This document shows, piece by piece, positions 46,862-56,337 of a stretch of DNA of 64,000 nt; positions within the stretch are counted from its first letter, which is position 1; each line of letters begins with the position of its first letter. The position numbers and the translations under genes were made by a program. The DNA is taken from contig OZ245838.1 in the NCBI GenBank assembly GCA_965228735.1, positions 4,000,001-4,064,000 on the forward strand. The letters run 5' to 3'. This DNA is from Planctomycetota bacterium (lineage in GTDB: Bacteria; Planctomycetota; UBA1135; UBA2386). Under the pieces are notes generated by a model, which saw only the letters and a list, made by a program, of their open reading frames with translations, ran no database searches and was not told where the DNA came from.

Positions 46862-47419
46862 ATGGCGACGGAGTCCGACAGTTTCCTCGCGGCCGTGCGC
46901 ACCGAGTTCGGGCGCTATCGCCGCCTTGCCGAGATCGCGATCGAACAGGTCGACGACGCGGCGCTGCAGACCGCGATCGGCAAGGACGGCAACTCGATCG
47001 CCGTGCTGCTGCGGCATCTCAGCGGCAACCTGCAGTCGCGGTTCACCGACTTCCTCACGACCGACGGCGAGAAGCCGTGGCGCGATCGCGACGGCGAGTT
47101 CGTCGACCCGGGCGCCGAACGCGCGCAGCTGCTCGCGGACTGGACCACCGCGTGGCAGGCCGTCGACGACGCGCTCGCCGCGGTCGCGACGGCCGGCCCC
47201 GACGTCTGGTCCCGCGACGTCGTCATTCGCCAGCAGCAGCTGACCGTCGCCGACGCGCTGCTGCGCTCGGTCGCCCACGTCGCGAATCACGTCGGCCAGA
47301 TCGTCCTGCTCGCGCGCCACGCCGCGGGCAGCGCGTGGGTCTCACCTTCGATTCCGCGCGGGGAATCCAAGGCCTACGCCGAGAACCCGACGCGCGAGAA
47401 GTCACCCGACGATCGGTGA
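46862..47419 (+). CDS. DUF1572 / DinB-like protein
   Basis: NSIAVLLRHLSGNLQSRFTDFLTTDGEKPWRDRDGEF and HVANHVGQIV. Confidence 0.88.
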   Translation: MATESDSFLAAVRTEFGRYRRLAEIAIEQVDDAALQTAIGKDGNSIAVLLRHLSGNLQSRFTDFLTTDGEKPWRDRDGEFVDPGAERAQLLADWTTAWQAVDDALAAVATAGPDVWSRDVVIRQQQLTVADALLRSVAHVANHVGQIVLLARHAAGSAWVSPSIPRGESKAYAENPTREKSPDDR

Positions 47420-47443
47420 TGGCCCCGTGACGGCCGGCGCCGG

Positions 47444-48097
47444 CTACTTCGCGTGCCGATACCGCAGCACGAACGCCGGCGGTACGTTGCGCATCACCGG
47501 GCCGAGGCGTTGGAAGCCGGCGAAGCGTCTGCGCATCATCGCGCGAAAGCGGCGCGCGGCCTTCATGCCGTAGGCGTGCACGTACTGGAACGTGCTGAAC
47601 TCACCGTCCGTCGCGCGCAGCGCGTCGACGATCGCGTCGCTGACGCCGAGCTGGACCGGCTCGGGCAGGCTCGCGAACGGCAGGCCCGAGAGAATCCGCG
47701 ACGGCGGCGGCAGTTCGCGTTCGCGCAGGATCGCGGCCAGGTCCGCGGCCGAACCCTGATGGAAGTCCATCGTCGGGAAGCGCCCCTGGAGCAGGCCATG
47801 GAAGCCGGTGTCGAGTTCGACGCCGAGGTAGCGCACGCCTTCCGGCAGCACCTCGTTGATCACCGCAGTCATCGGGCCCGTGCCCGGTCCGAACTCGACG
47901 ACGAGTTCACCCGGCTGCAGCGTGTCGAGGCGCCCGACGAGCGCGCGCGCGAGGAAGCGCGAGCTCGGGAGCACTGCGCCGACCGACCCCGGACTCTTGA
48001 GGAACGACCTGAAGAACCCCATGCCGTCACGCATCCGCCCGGACCGCGCGGGCGATGCGGATTCGGTCGACTTCGGCATCCCGGGATCTTCGTTCAC
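47444..48097 (-). CDS. PmtA-like lipid N-methyltransferase
   Basis: FLKSPGSVGAVLPSSRFLA, VEFGPGTG, SGLPF, FQY, NVPPA. Confidence 0.8.
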   Translation of the reverse strand: MNEDPGMPKSTESASPARSGRMRDGMGFFRSFLKSPGSVGAVLPSSRFLARALVGRLDTLQPGELVVEFGPGTGPMTAVINEVLPEGVRYLGVELDTGFHGLLQGRFPTMDFHQGSAADLAAILRERELPPPSRILSGLPFASLPEPVQLGVSDAIVDALRATDGEFSTFQYVHAYGMKAARRFRAMMRRRFAGFQRLGPVMRNVPPAFVLRYRHAK

Positions 48098-48131
48098 GTT
48101 GCGCGATTATTCGAGGCAGCCTTCGTGATGG

Positions 48132-48452
48132 TCAGGCCAGCGCGTCACCGAGCACTTCGACCGGACCGCTCAGCACCTTCGCCGAGCACGCGAGGCGACA
48201 GTCGTCACCGACCCCCATCCGGGCGAGCGTCCCCGCTTCGTGATCTTCGGGCGCGGCGAGCGCCGCGTCGCCGTGGAGTGCGATCTGCACGGCATCGGTC
48301 CCACACATGCCGCGCGTGCAGCCCGTGAGGATCTCGACGCCGGCCATCTCGGCGGCCTGCAGCAGGGTCGTGCCCGGTTCGACGAACACGGCCTTCTCGC
48401 CCGCACCACCCGATCCTGCCGAGTCACGGAATCTCACCTCGACGAGGTCCAT
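48132..48452 (-). CDS. 2Fe-2S ferredoxin-like protein (C-x4-C-x2-D variant)
   Basis: GTTLLQAA, GCTRGMCGTD, RLACSA. Confidence 0.8.
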   Translation of the reverse strand: MDLVEVRFRDSAGSGGAGEKAVFVEPGTTLLQAAEMAGVEILTGCTRGMCGTDAVQIALHGDAALAAPEDHEAGTLARMGVGDDCRLACSAKVLSGPVEVLGDALA

Positions 48453-48481
48453 GCAGCCGGGATACCGTCCCGCGCGCGCCC

Positions 48482-50269
48482 ATGCAACTTCACGCTCTCG
48501 ACTGGACGATCATCGCCGGCTACCTGGTGCTGGCCCTCGCCATCGGCCTGTTCTTCCGCAAGCGCGCCGGCTCGAGCGCGGTCGAGTACTTCGCGTCGGG
48601 CCGCAGCCTGCCGTGGTGGATCGCCGGCACGTCGATGGTCGCGACGACGTTCGCCGCCGACACCCCGCTGGCCGTGACCGGCCTCGTGGCCAAGAGCGGC
48701 ATCGCCGGCAACTGGTTCTGGTGGGCGTTCGCGTTCGGCGGAATGCTCACGGTGTTCGTGTTCGCCCGGCTGTGGCGACGCGCCGAGGTCCTCACGGACG
48801 TCGAGCTCATCGAACTGCGCTACGAAGGCAAGGCCGCCCGCTTCCTGCGCGGCTTTCGGGCCTGCTACGTCGCGGTGATCATGAACTCGATCATCATCGG
48901 CTGGGTGACGAGCGCGATGAGCACGGTGCTGCAGGAGACCGTGCTCGTCGACATGGCGGAAGGCAGCCACATCGATCTGCTGCTGATCGCCGGCATGCTC
49001 GCGATCACCGGCGTCTACGCGGTCGTCGCCGGGATGTGGGGCGTGGCCGTCACGGACGCCGTCCAGTTCGTGCTGGCCATCATCGGCTGCACGCTGCTCG
49101 CGATCGTCGCCGTCGATCACATCGGCGGCGTGGACGCGCTGCGCGAACGGCTCGCGACCGCGTACGAGGGTGAGGGCGACCCGCTCGCGTTCGTCCCCGA
49201 CTTCACCGGCGACGACGCGCTCATGCCGCTCGGCGTGTTCCTCGTCATGGTGCTCTCGCAGTGGTGGGCGACGTGGTATCCGGGCAACGAGCCGGGCGGC
49301 GGTGGCTACGTCGTGCAGCGCATGGCGTCGTGCAAGGACGAGAACCACGCCGTGAAGGCGACGCTGTTCTTCCAGCTCGCGCACTACTGCCTGCGTCCGT
49401 GGCCCTGGATCCTCGTGGCGTTCGCCGCCATCGCGCTGCACCCCGAGCTGCGCACGGCCGACAACCCGGGCGTTGGGTTCCCGATGATGATCCGCGAACT
49501 GGCGCCGGCCGGGCTCGCTGGCCTGCTGCTCGTGACGTTCGCGGCCGCGTTCATGTCGACGATCAGCACGCAGATGAACTGGGGCGCGAGCTACCTCGTG
49601 AACGACGTCTACCGCCGGTTCATCCGCCCCGACGCGACGGACAAGGAGACGGTGCGGGCATCGCGCCTCGCCTCGACGCTCGTGCTCGTGCTCGGCGGCA
49701 TCGTGGCGTGGTGGATGGTGACGTACGGAGTCTCGGTCGATGACGCGTGGGCGTTCCTCGCTGCGCTCGGCGCCGGCGTCGGCAGTGTCTTCATCCTGCG
49801 CTGGTTCTGGTGGCGCATCAACGTGTGGAGCGAGATCGTCGCGATGGTCGGATCGCTCGTGGTGTTCACGGCGTTCCACTTCCTGATCCCGGCGGACGCC
49901 CTGGCCGGCGAGTATCGCGCGCTGCTCACGGCGCTCACGACGATGGTGCTCTGGGTGATCGCGACGTTCGTCACGGCACCCGAGCCCGACACGCGGCTCG
50001 AAGCGTTCTATCGCAAGGTGCGGCCGGACGGCCCCGGCTGGGGTCCGGTCGCGGCCCGCGCCCCCGACGTCGAACGTGACGGCCTGCTCGGCCGCGGGAT
50101 CCTGTGCGCGATCCTCGGGACGGCGGTCGTCTGGCTCACGCTCCCCGGCATCGGCGCGATCATCTTCGGTGAGACGACGACGGCCGTGCTGTGCCTCGGT
50201 GGCGCAGTCGTCGCCGGCGGGCTGATGTTCTTCCTGTTCGGGAAGTCGCCCGCGATGACGCGGGCCTGA
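48482..50269 (+). CDS. Sodium:solute symporter family protein
   Basis: YFASGRSLPWW, SMVATTFAADTP, VQR, AAFMST, and many TM helices. Confidence 0.92.
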   Translation: MQLHALDWTIIAGYLVLALAIGLFFRKRAGSSAVEYFASGRSLPWWIAGTSMVATTFAADTPLAVTGLVAKSGIAGNWFWWAFAFGGMLTVFVFARLWRRAEVLTDVELIELRYEGKAARFLRGFRACYVAVIMNSIIIGWVTSAMSTVLQETVLVDMAEGSHIDLLLIAGMLAITGVYAVVAGMWGVAVTDAVQFVLAIIGCTLLAIVAVDHIGGVDALRERLATAYEGEGDPLAFVPDFTGDDALMPLGVFLVMVLSQWWATWYPGNEPGGGGYVVQRMASCKDENHAVKATLFFQLAHYCLRPWPWILVAFAAIALHPELRTADNPGVGFPMMIRELAPAGLAGLLLVTFAAAFMSTISTQMNWGASYLVNDVYRRFIRPDATDKETVRASRLASTLVLVLGGIVAWWMVTYGVSVDDAWAFLAALGAGVGSVFILRWFWWRINVWSEIVAMVGSLVVFTAFHFLIPADALAGEYRALLTALTTMVLWVIATFVTAPEPDTRLEAFYRKVRPDGPGWGPVAARAPDVERDGLLGRGILCAILGTAVVWLTLPGIGAIIFGETTTAVLCLGGAVVAGGLMFFLFGKSPAMTRA

Positions 50270-50279
50270 GGGGCCGGCG

Positions 50280-50304
50280 GCCGCCCCCCGCGCACGGGGG
50301 CGGC
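50280..50304. terminator. GC-rich hairpin between convergent genes
   Basis: GCCGCCCCC (50280-50288) pairs with GGGGGCGGC (50296-50304). No U-tract. Confidence 0.45.
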
Positions 50305-50316
50305 AAGCCGCAGCTC

Positions 50317-52197
50317 CTACGACTGGACCGTGAGCTTCAGCGCGTTGCTGACGACGTACGGCACCGGCGTCGTCGCGGCCGAGTCCGCGAGCACCAACTG
50401 GTAGCAGAGGTTGACGCCGACGAACGTCGGGTTGTTGGGGATCGGCGCGTTGAAGAAGTGCGTGCCGTCCGCGTCGCCGAACGTCACGGCCACGACCACC
50501 GGGTTGGCGATGAACTGCGCGCACGTCGGACCGAGCAGGCCGGCGAGCGGGATCGGCGTCGCCAGCGTCGAGAAGCTGCCCATGACGAACCCGGGCTGGA
50601 ACGGCTCGGCGCGAATGCAGCCGATCTCGAGCGCGGTGTTGCCGACCTGCGGGAAGCCGTTCCAGACCTCCATCACCGGCGTGCGGCCGGTCGCGGCGAG
50701 CGGGCACGGCTGGCCGACGGTCTCGATGCCCGGACCGAACGGACCCGGCATCTCGAGGTCGCCGATGCCGACGAGGCTCGTGAAGTACGGGCCGAAGCTC
50801 GGGTGGAACGGCGGCAGGTAGCCGTTGGGGCCCTGCGGGGTCTCGTAGGGCATGTAGGCCTCGCCCTGATCGATGACGCCGTTGCCGTTGCTGTCGGTCA
50901 TGCTGACGATGCCGTCGTTGGTGCCGCCGTTCTCCCAGACGAAGTTGACGCTGCCGCTCGGCGCCGCCGAGAACGCCCAGGTCGAACCGCTGAGGCTCGC
51001 GACCGGGTTGAGCGACGGGTTGTCGAACGTGATCGGGGCGACACCGCCGTGCGTCTGCGTCGAGACGTTGAAGTAGAGGTTGACCTCGCCCGCGTCGACC
51101 ATCTGGTTGTTGTTGGCGTCGACACAGCGGTAGATCAGACCCGAGATCTTCTCGCCGTTGAGATTGACGTCGCCCTCGGCGTTCGTGCGGTAGCTCGAAC
51201 CGAAGTAGTAGACGTCCTCACCGTTCGGACCGGCGCCCGCGACCACGTCCATGAAGCGCGCGTGGTTGACGCGTGTCGCCGGTGCCGAACCGTCCTGCAC
51301 GTCCCAGTTGGGGAACGTCGCGGTGGTCGCCGAACGCGGATCGTCGAAGTCCGGGTGCACCGGCAGCTCGTTGAGCGCCGAGGCGTTGAAGAACACTTCC
51401 GGAACGGCCGTCCCCGCGTTGTCGGTGAAGCCGTACCACGCATTCATCTCCGGCTGCACCGTGTAGGTGTACTGCACCGGGTTGGTGTTCGGGATCGGCG
51501 CGCCGTCGATCGACAGGCCACGCGCGTAGGCGACGACCTTGCCGCCGGGCAGCACGCGCACCTGGCTCCAATAGTCACGACTGATCGTCACCGGACCGTT
51601 GAGGCCGGGAACCGTGAGGTTCATCGAGCTGTCGACGAACATGCTCTGCTCGCCCGGATCCATCGCGTCACCATCGCCGTTGGCGTCGACCAGCCGGTGG
51701 ATGCCATTCGTGTAGCCCTGCGACGACGGCTGCGAGTTGTCGAGCGCGACGTAGACGCGGGTCTCGGCCGGCGACACGCTCGTGTCGCGGTAGACGCCGA
51801 GCGAGTCAGGCGAGAACAGCGGGCCGCTCGAGCCGCCGCCGAAGCGGAAGAAGATCGTCGCCTCCGACGGGTCGATCACACCATTGTGGTTCTCGTCGGC
51901 GCCGCGCACCACGAGGCCGTCCTCGGAGTCGCAGAAGTAGAACGCCGCGACGCCGTCCTCCCAGACGTAGCGACCGTCCACCATGAAGTTCGTGTTCGCC
52001 TGCGTCGGCAGCACCGTGCAGAACGCGTAGATCTCCTCGGAGGTGATCTGCCCGTCCCGGTTCTGGTCCTTCACGCGGGCCGCCGGGTAGCTGGAATTCG
52101 GCGGGCCGCTGGCGTTGCCGAATCCGAGGGGGAAGACGAAATCCTGCGCGGCCGAAGCCGTGGCGAGGAAGAGAACCGCGATCGAGAGTCGTTTCAT
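50317..52197 (-). CDS. Secreted protein with repeated DxNxDG Ca-binding-like loops and a C-terminal beta domain
   Basis: Signal MKRLSIAVLFLATASAA-Q. Loops DQNRDG, DENHNG, DANGDG, DANNNQ, DSNGNG, each followed by a Glu about 6 residues on. Confidence 0.8.
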   Translation of the reverse strand: MKRLSIAVLFLATASAAQDFVFPLGFGNASGPPNSSYPAARVKDQNRDGQITSEEIYAFCTVLPTQANTNFMVDGRYVWEDGVAAFYFCDSEDGLVVRGADENHNGVIDPSEATIFFRFGGGSSGPLFSPDSLGVYRDTSVSPAETRVYVALDNSQPSSQGYTNGIHRLVDANGDGDAMDPGEQSMFVDSSMNLTVPGLNGPVTISRDYWSQVRVLPGGKVVAYARGLSIDGAPIPNTNPVQYTYTVQPEMNAWYGFTDNAGTAVPEVFFNASALNELPVHPDFDDPRSATTATFPNWDVQDGSAPATRVNHARFMDVVAGAGPNGEDVYYFGSSYRTNAEGDVNLNGEKISGLIYRCVDANNNQMVDAGEVNLYFNVSTQTHGGVAPITFDNPSLNPVASLSGSTWAFSAAPSGSVNFVWENGGTNDGIVSMTDSNGNGVIDQGEAYMPYETPQGPNGYLPPFHPSFGPYFTSLVGIGDLEMPGPFGPGIETVGQPCPLAATGRTPVMEVWNGFPQVGNTALEIGCIRAEPFQPGFVMGSFSTLATPIPLAGLLGPTCAQFIANPVVVAVTFGDADGTHFFNAPIPNNPTFVGVNLCYQLVLADSAATTPVPYVVSNALKLTVQS

Positions 52198-52310
52198 GTA
52201 TTGGGGTGTAGGGATCCTACGGTGGGCGAACATTGTGCCCGCAACAGTGAAGGAATAGCCAAACCGCGGTGGGGTTCCGTTTTTCACCCCGCTGCGCCAC
52301 GATGCGCCCC

Positions 52311-53009
52311 ATGCCGGGGTCACCCCCTCCACCACCGCCAGAACCCTCGTGGCTTCGCGACGTTCCGCGCGGCCGGGTGCTCGCGTTCGCGCCCCACCCC
52401 GACGACGAGATCGCGGGCCCGGGCGGCTGTCTTGCGCTGCACCGTCGCGCCGGCGACGAGGTGCGCGTCGTCGTCGCCTCGACCGGCGCTGCCGGCGACC
52501 CCGAGGGCCGCTTCGATCCCGCGACGTTCGCCGCCACGCGCGAGGCCGAATCGCGCCAGGGTCTGCGCGAACTCGGCGTCGACGACGTCGTCTACTGGCG
52601 ACTGCCCGACAACTGCGTTCTCGGTGAGCAGGACTACGAGCTCGGTCACCAACTCGCGACCGCGGCGATCACGGAGTGGTCACCGACGATCCTCTACCTG
52701 CCGTGGGAGGCCGAGGGTCACCCCGATCATCACGCCCTGCATCGCATCGTCCTCGAGGCCATGCGACGCGCGCAGTTCGACGGCGATGCGTTCGGCTACG
52801 AGGTGTGGAACGCGATGATCCCCGACGTCGTCGTCGACATCACCGCGGTCGCCGAGCAGAAGCGCCGCGGGATCCGGGCGCATGCGACCCAGACGGCCTA
52901 CGTCGACTTCGAGCACACGATCCTCGGCCTCAACGCCTACCGCGCGATGGTGCACGCGCGCGGTCGCGGCTACTGCGAGGGGCTGCGGCGGATCGCGATC
53001 GGGATGTAG
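52311..53009 (+). CDS. PIG-L family deacetylase
   Basis: APHPDDE, REAE, HPDHH, H-x-TQ. Confidence 0.9.
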   Translation: MPGSPPPPPPEPSWLRDVPRGRVLAFAPHPDDEIAGPGGCLALHRRAGDEVRVVVASTGAAGDPEGRFDPATFAATREAESRQGLRELGVDDVVYWRLPDNCVLGEQDYELGHQLATAAITEWSPTILYLPWEAEGHPDHHALHRIVLEAMRRAQFDGDAFGYEVWNAMIPDVVVDITAVAEQKRRGIRAHATQTAYVDFEHTILGLNAYRAMVHARGRGYCEGLRRIAIGM

Positions 53010-53024
53010 CCCGACCGATCGGGC

Positions 53025-54005
53025 CTACAAGAACAGTCGATGCTGCTTGAAGCGCGCTTCGACGCCCTCGTCCGCTTCGACGCGCTGCTGCACGAAGCCG
53101 CCACAGAACTCCGCGAGCCGCTGCTGCATCTCGAACAGGCTGCGCGACAGCGGCGCTTCCGGGTCGGTCGCGACGAGCGGCAGCTGGCCGAGGCGGTGCT
53201 GCGTGACGCTCGGATCCTCGACGATCTCGCCGAGGTACTCGAGCTGGACACCGGCGTGCTGCCGCGCGACCTCGGTGAGCTTCTCGAACGCGAGCTTGCC
53301 GCGGCCCGGCTCCGGCACGCGATTCACGACGACGAGGAAGCGCGCATCGGGATCGATCTGCCCGATGCACTTCACGACCGCGTAGGCGTCGACGAGCGCC
53401 GCGATCTCCGGCTGCGTCACGAGCACGATCCAGTCGGCGCACAGCATCGACAGAATCGTCGCGGGCGCGATGCCGGCACCGAGGTCGAGGAACAACGCCT
53501 CCTCGCGCCCTGCCAGTTCGCCGAGCTCACGCGCGAACACCGAGAGCTCCTTGTCCGACATGTTGGCCATGCGCCGCACACCGGACGCGCCCGGCAGCAG
53601 CCGCGGCCCGCACGGCGACGTGCACAGCGCCTGATCGAGCGTCGCCTGCCCCTGCACGAGCTGCTGCAGGGTGATCGTCGGCTTCACGCCGAGCAGCAGG
53701 TGATCGCAGGCGAGCCCGAAATCGCAGTCGACGACGGACGTCCGCTTGCCCGAACGATGGGTCAACACCGCGAGCGAGGTCGCGAGGAACGACTTGCCCG
53801 TGCCACCCTTGCCGCTGGCGACGGCAATCGTGCGGCCCTCGTGGCGCGGCGGCGCGCTCGCACGCAGCCCGCCGAGCAACCGGCCGAACAGACCGCGACC
53901 CCGGGGGCCCAGGCCTCGTCCCGCCTCATTGTGCCGTTGAGCTGCCCGCCCGAGGGCGGCGGCAGGAACCCTGCCCGCTTCGGCGCCGCGATCTGACCGT
54001 TTCAC
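53025..54005 (-). CDS. MinD/FleN(FlhG)-like ATPase
   Basis: Deviant Walker A SGKGGTGKS, DCDFGLA, DLGAGI, VTQPEIAALVDAYAVVK. Confidence 0.85.
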   Translation of the reverse strand: MKRSDRGAEAGRVPAAALGRAAQRHNEAGRGLGPRGRGLFGRLLGGLRASAPPRHEGRTIAVASGKGGTGKSFLATSLAVLTHRSGKRTSVVDCDFGLACDHLLLGVKPTITLQQLVQGQATLDQALCTSPCGPRLLPGASGVRRMANMSDKELSVFARELGELAGREEALFLDLGAGIAPATILSMLCADWIVLVTQPEIAALVDAYAVVKCIGQIDPDARFLVVVNRVPEPGRGKLAFEKLTEVARQHAGVQLEYLGEIVEDPSVTQHRLGQLPLVATDPEAPLSRSLFEMQQRLAEFCGGFVQQRVEADEGVEARFKQHRLFL

Positions 54006-54113
54006 GACGTCGCACAGTATCGCCGATCCGGCCGCCGGATGCTCGACCCGTTGGGCCTCCGCGCGACTTTTTGTGCGCGGCGTTGTGCCCGCCCCGCTGC
54101 GGGTGACCCGGCG

Positions 54114-55517
54114 CTACTTCGGTTCTGGCTCCGTCGGTGCTGGCGGCAACAGCTCGCGCGCGTAAGCAACGGGGACGCCGTAGTTGAGCCCCGTGAAGTC
54201 CTTCTGGATCGCGAAGTTGACCGCGATGACCGTGCCGCTCTCGCCGAACACGGGCCCGCCCGAGCCGCCGCTCGTCGTCACGGCGTCATAGGAGATGACG
54301 CGTTCTTCGACGGTGACCCCGCCCTGCGTGATCACCGGATTGACCTGGCCGGCCGCCGCGAGCTCGTCGATCACCTCGGTCATCGTCGCGCGACGCTCCT
54401 GCAACGTCGAGACCAGCGCCTTGTCGGCACGCGCGAGGAGCGCCGCCAGACCCGTGGGATAACCGACGACGATCGCGCGCCGGTAGTTCGTCCGCGTTTC
54501 GGTCGCCAGCGGCAGCACGGGGATCCCCTGCACCGCTTCCTTCTCGACCTGCACGATCGCGACGTCCTGCTCGTCGGTCCGCGCCCGCACGGACGCCGGC
54601 GGGATCGCGATCGGCGCATGGCCGGGAAACGTCGCCGTGAAGCGGATGAACTCGGGCACGGCGCCGCCGGTCAGCAGCGGCTCGAGCCCCGGCATCTCGC
54701 TCCACGGCACCGCGACGTGCCGGTTGGTGACGATGTGCCCGTCGGCCGTCGCGAGGAAGCCCGACCCGGTGTACTCGGCTTCGAACCGGTCACCGTCGCT
54801 GATCTCGAACCACGATCCGCTGGGCATGCGGACCCCGAAGACCCCGTGGATGAGGCACACGCCGCCGCTCCACTCGTCCCGCACCCGGGCGAGCGTCGCG
54901 TTGACCGCGGACAGATCCGCGATCGCCGCCTCGTGTTCGGCCTGGCGCACGCGCAGGGCCTCGAGTTCGGCCCGCGTGTACTCGTCGGCCGTGTGCAGTT
55001 CGGCCGCGACCGGGCGCCCGCCGAGCCAGCCGCCGAACCAACCGGCCAGCAGCGCGAGTCCGGCGACGATGATCGGAAAGCCGATCTTCAGGGTCGGCGT
55101 GGCCTGCGTCAGCAGATCGCGCGTGAGCGCCTGGGTCGCGGCACCCGAACCGCTCGCCCGTTGCACGGCGCGCGCGTCGGCAACCATGCGTCGCACGGGT
55201 TTGCAGACCGCGCCGTCGGGCACGTAGGTCCGGAAGCGCGCGCGCGGACCGTCGACGCCGAACTCGATCTCGTCCTCGTCCCGCAGGATGACCTCGCGCA
55301 CCTGGTTGCCGTTGACGAAGACCTCGCCACCGAGCGCGTGCAGGTGGAAGACGCAGCTGTCCTGTTCCCAGTCGATGCGCGCGTGTTCCGCGCGGACGTT
55401 CCGATGCGGCAGGTAGGCCGTGCTCGTCGGGTCCGAACCGACGGTCACGCGCGGCACGGCGTAGGTCACCGTGCGACCGCGACTCGGTCCAGATAGGTGG
55501 AGCAGTTGGGCCCGCAT
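54114..55517 (-). CDS. FHA domain + TM + trypsin-like serine protease
   Basis: FHA-like N-terminus (HARI, VFVNG, GxxGP), one TM helix, catalytic TNRHV / DVAIV / GGSGGP. Confidence 0.85.
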   Translation of the reverse strand: MRAQLLHLSGPSRGRTVTYAVPRVTVGSDPTSTAYLPHRNVRAEHARIDWEQDSCVFHLHALGGEVFVNGNQVREVILRDEDEIEFGVDGPRARFRTYVPDGAVCKPVRRMVADARAVQRASGSGAATQALTRDLLTQATPTLKIGFPIIVAGLALLAGWFGGWLGGRPVAAELHTADEYTRAELEALRVRQAEHEAAIADLSAVNATLARVRDEWSGGVCLIHGVFGVRMPSGSWFEISDGDRFEAEYTGSGFLATADGHIVTNRHVAVPWSEMPGLEPLLTGGAVPEFIRFTATFPGHAPIAIPPASVRARTDEQDVAIVQVEKEAVQGIPVLPLATETRTNYRRAIVVGYPTGLAALLARADKALVSTLQERRATMTEVIDELAAAGQVNPVITQGGVTVEERVISYDAVTTSGGSGGPVFGESGTVIAVNFAIQKDFTGLNYGVPVAYARELLPPAPTEPEPK

Positions 55518-55535
55518 TGCTGCACCATAGTCCCG

Positions 55536-56321
55536 ATGCCGGTTCCCGCAAACGCGCCCATTCCGGTCGAGGTCGCCGTCGACTCCGTGGTCGGCGCCCG
55601 GACAGCCGAACGGGCGGGCGCGGCGCGCGTGGAGCTGTGCAGTGCGCTGCTCGAAGGCGGCCTGACGCCGTCGCTCGGGTTGCTCGCCGCGGTTCGGGCG
55701 GCCGTCACGATCCCCGTCTTCGTGATGATCCGGCCGCGCGGCGGCGATTTCCTGTACTCCGACGCCGAGTTCGACGTCTTGCGACGCGACGCTCGCATCG
55801 CGATCGACCACGGCGCCGACGGCGTGGTCTCCGGCATTCTCAGCGCCGATGGCGAACTCGACCGCGAGCGCATGGCCCGACTGCGCGACATCGCGATCGA
55901 GCGCCCCATGACCTGCCATCGCGCGTTCGACCTCGTCGCGGACCCGTTCGCCGCCCTGGCCACGCTCGAGGAACTCGGGATCGATCGCGTCCTGACGTCC
56001 GGGCAGGCGGCCTCGGCACCAGCCGGGCGCGATCGGATCGCACGGCTCGTCGAGGCCGCGGGCAACGGCGTGACGGTCATGGCCGGCGCCGGCGTGCGAG
56101 CCGAGAACGCAGCCGAGCTCGCGCGCACCACCGGCTGCCACGAACTGCACCTGTCGGCGACCGGCTGGCGACCGAGCGCGATGCGTTGCCGCCGCGACGG
56201 CGTGCCGATGGGCACCGCGACGCCGCCCGACGAATACACGCTGCGACAGACCGACGGCGAAGTCGTCGCCGCCGTCGTCCGCGCCGTGGCGTCGGTTGCG
56301 GGTCCCACGAAACCGGACTGA
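55536..56321 (+). CDS. cutC: Copper homeostasis protein CutC
   Basis: ELCSALLEGGLTPS, MIRPRGGDF, HRAFD, VLTSG. Confidence 0.93.
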   Translation: MPVPANAPIPVEVAVDSVVGARTAERAGAARVELCSALLEGGLTPSLGLLAAVRAAVTIPVFVMIRPRGGDFLYSDAEFDVLRRDARIAIDHGADGVVSGILSADGELDRERMARLRDIAIERPMTCHRAFDLVADPFAALATLEELGIDRVLTSGQAASAPAGRDRIARLVEAAGNGVTVMAGAGVRAENAAELARTTGCHELHLSATGWRPSAMRCRRDGVPMGTATPPDEYTLRQTDGEVVAAVVRAVASVAGPTKPD

Positions 56322-56337
56322 CGCTATCGTTCTGGCC

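Noticed and set aside
53025..54005. Flagellar locus implied by the FleN-like ATPase and YjfB-like gene
   Set aside because: No flhF, fliA or structural flagellar genes are in the window.
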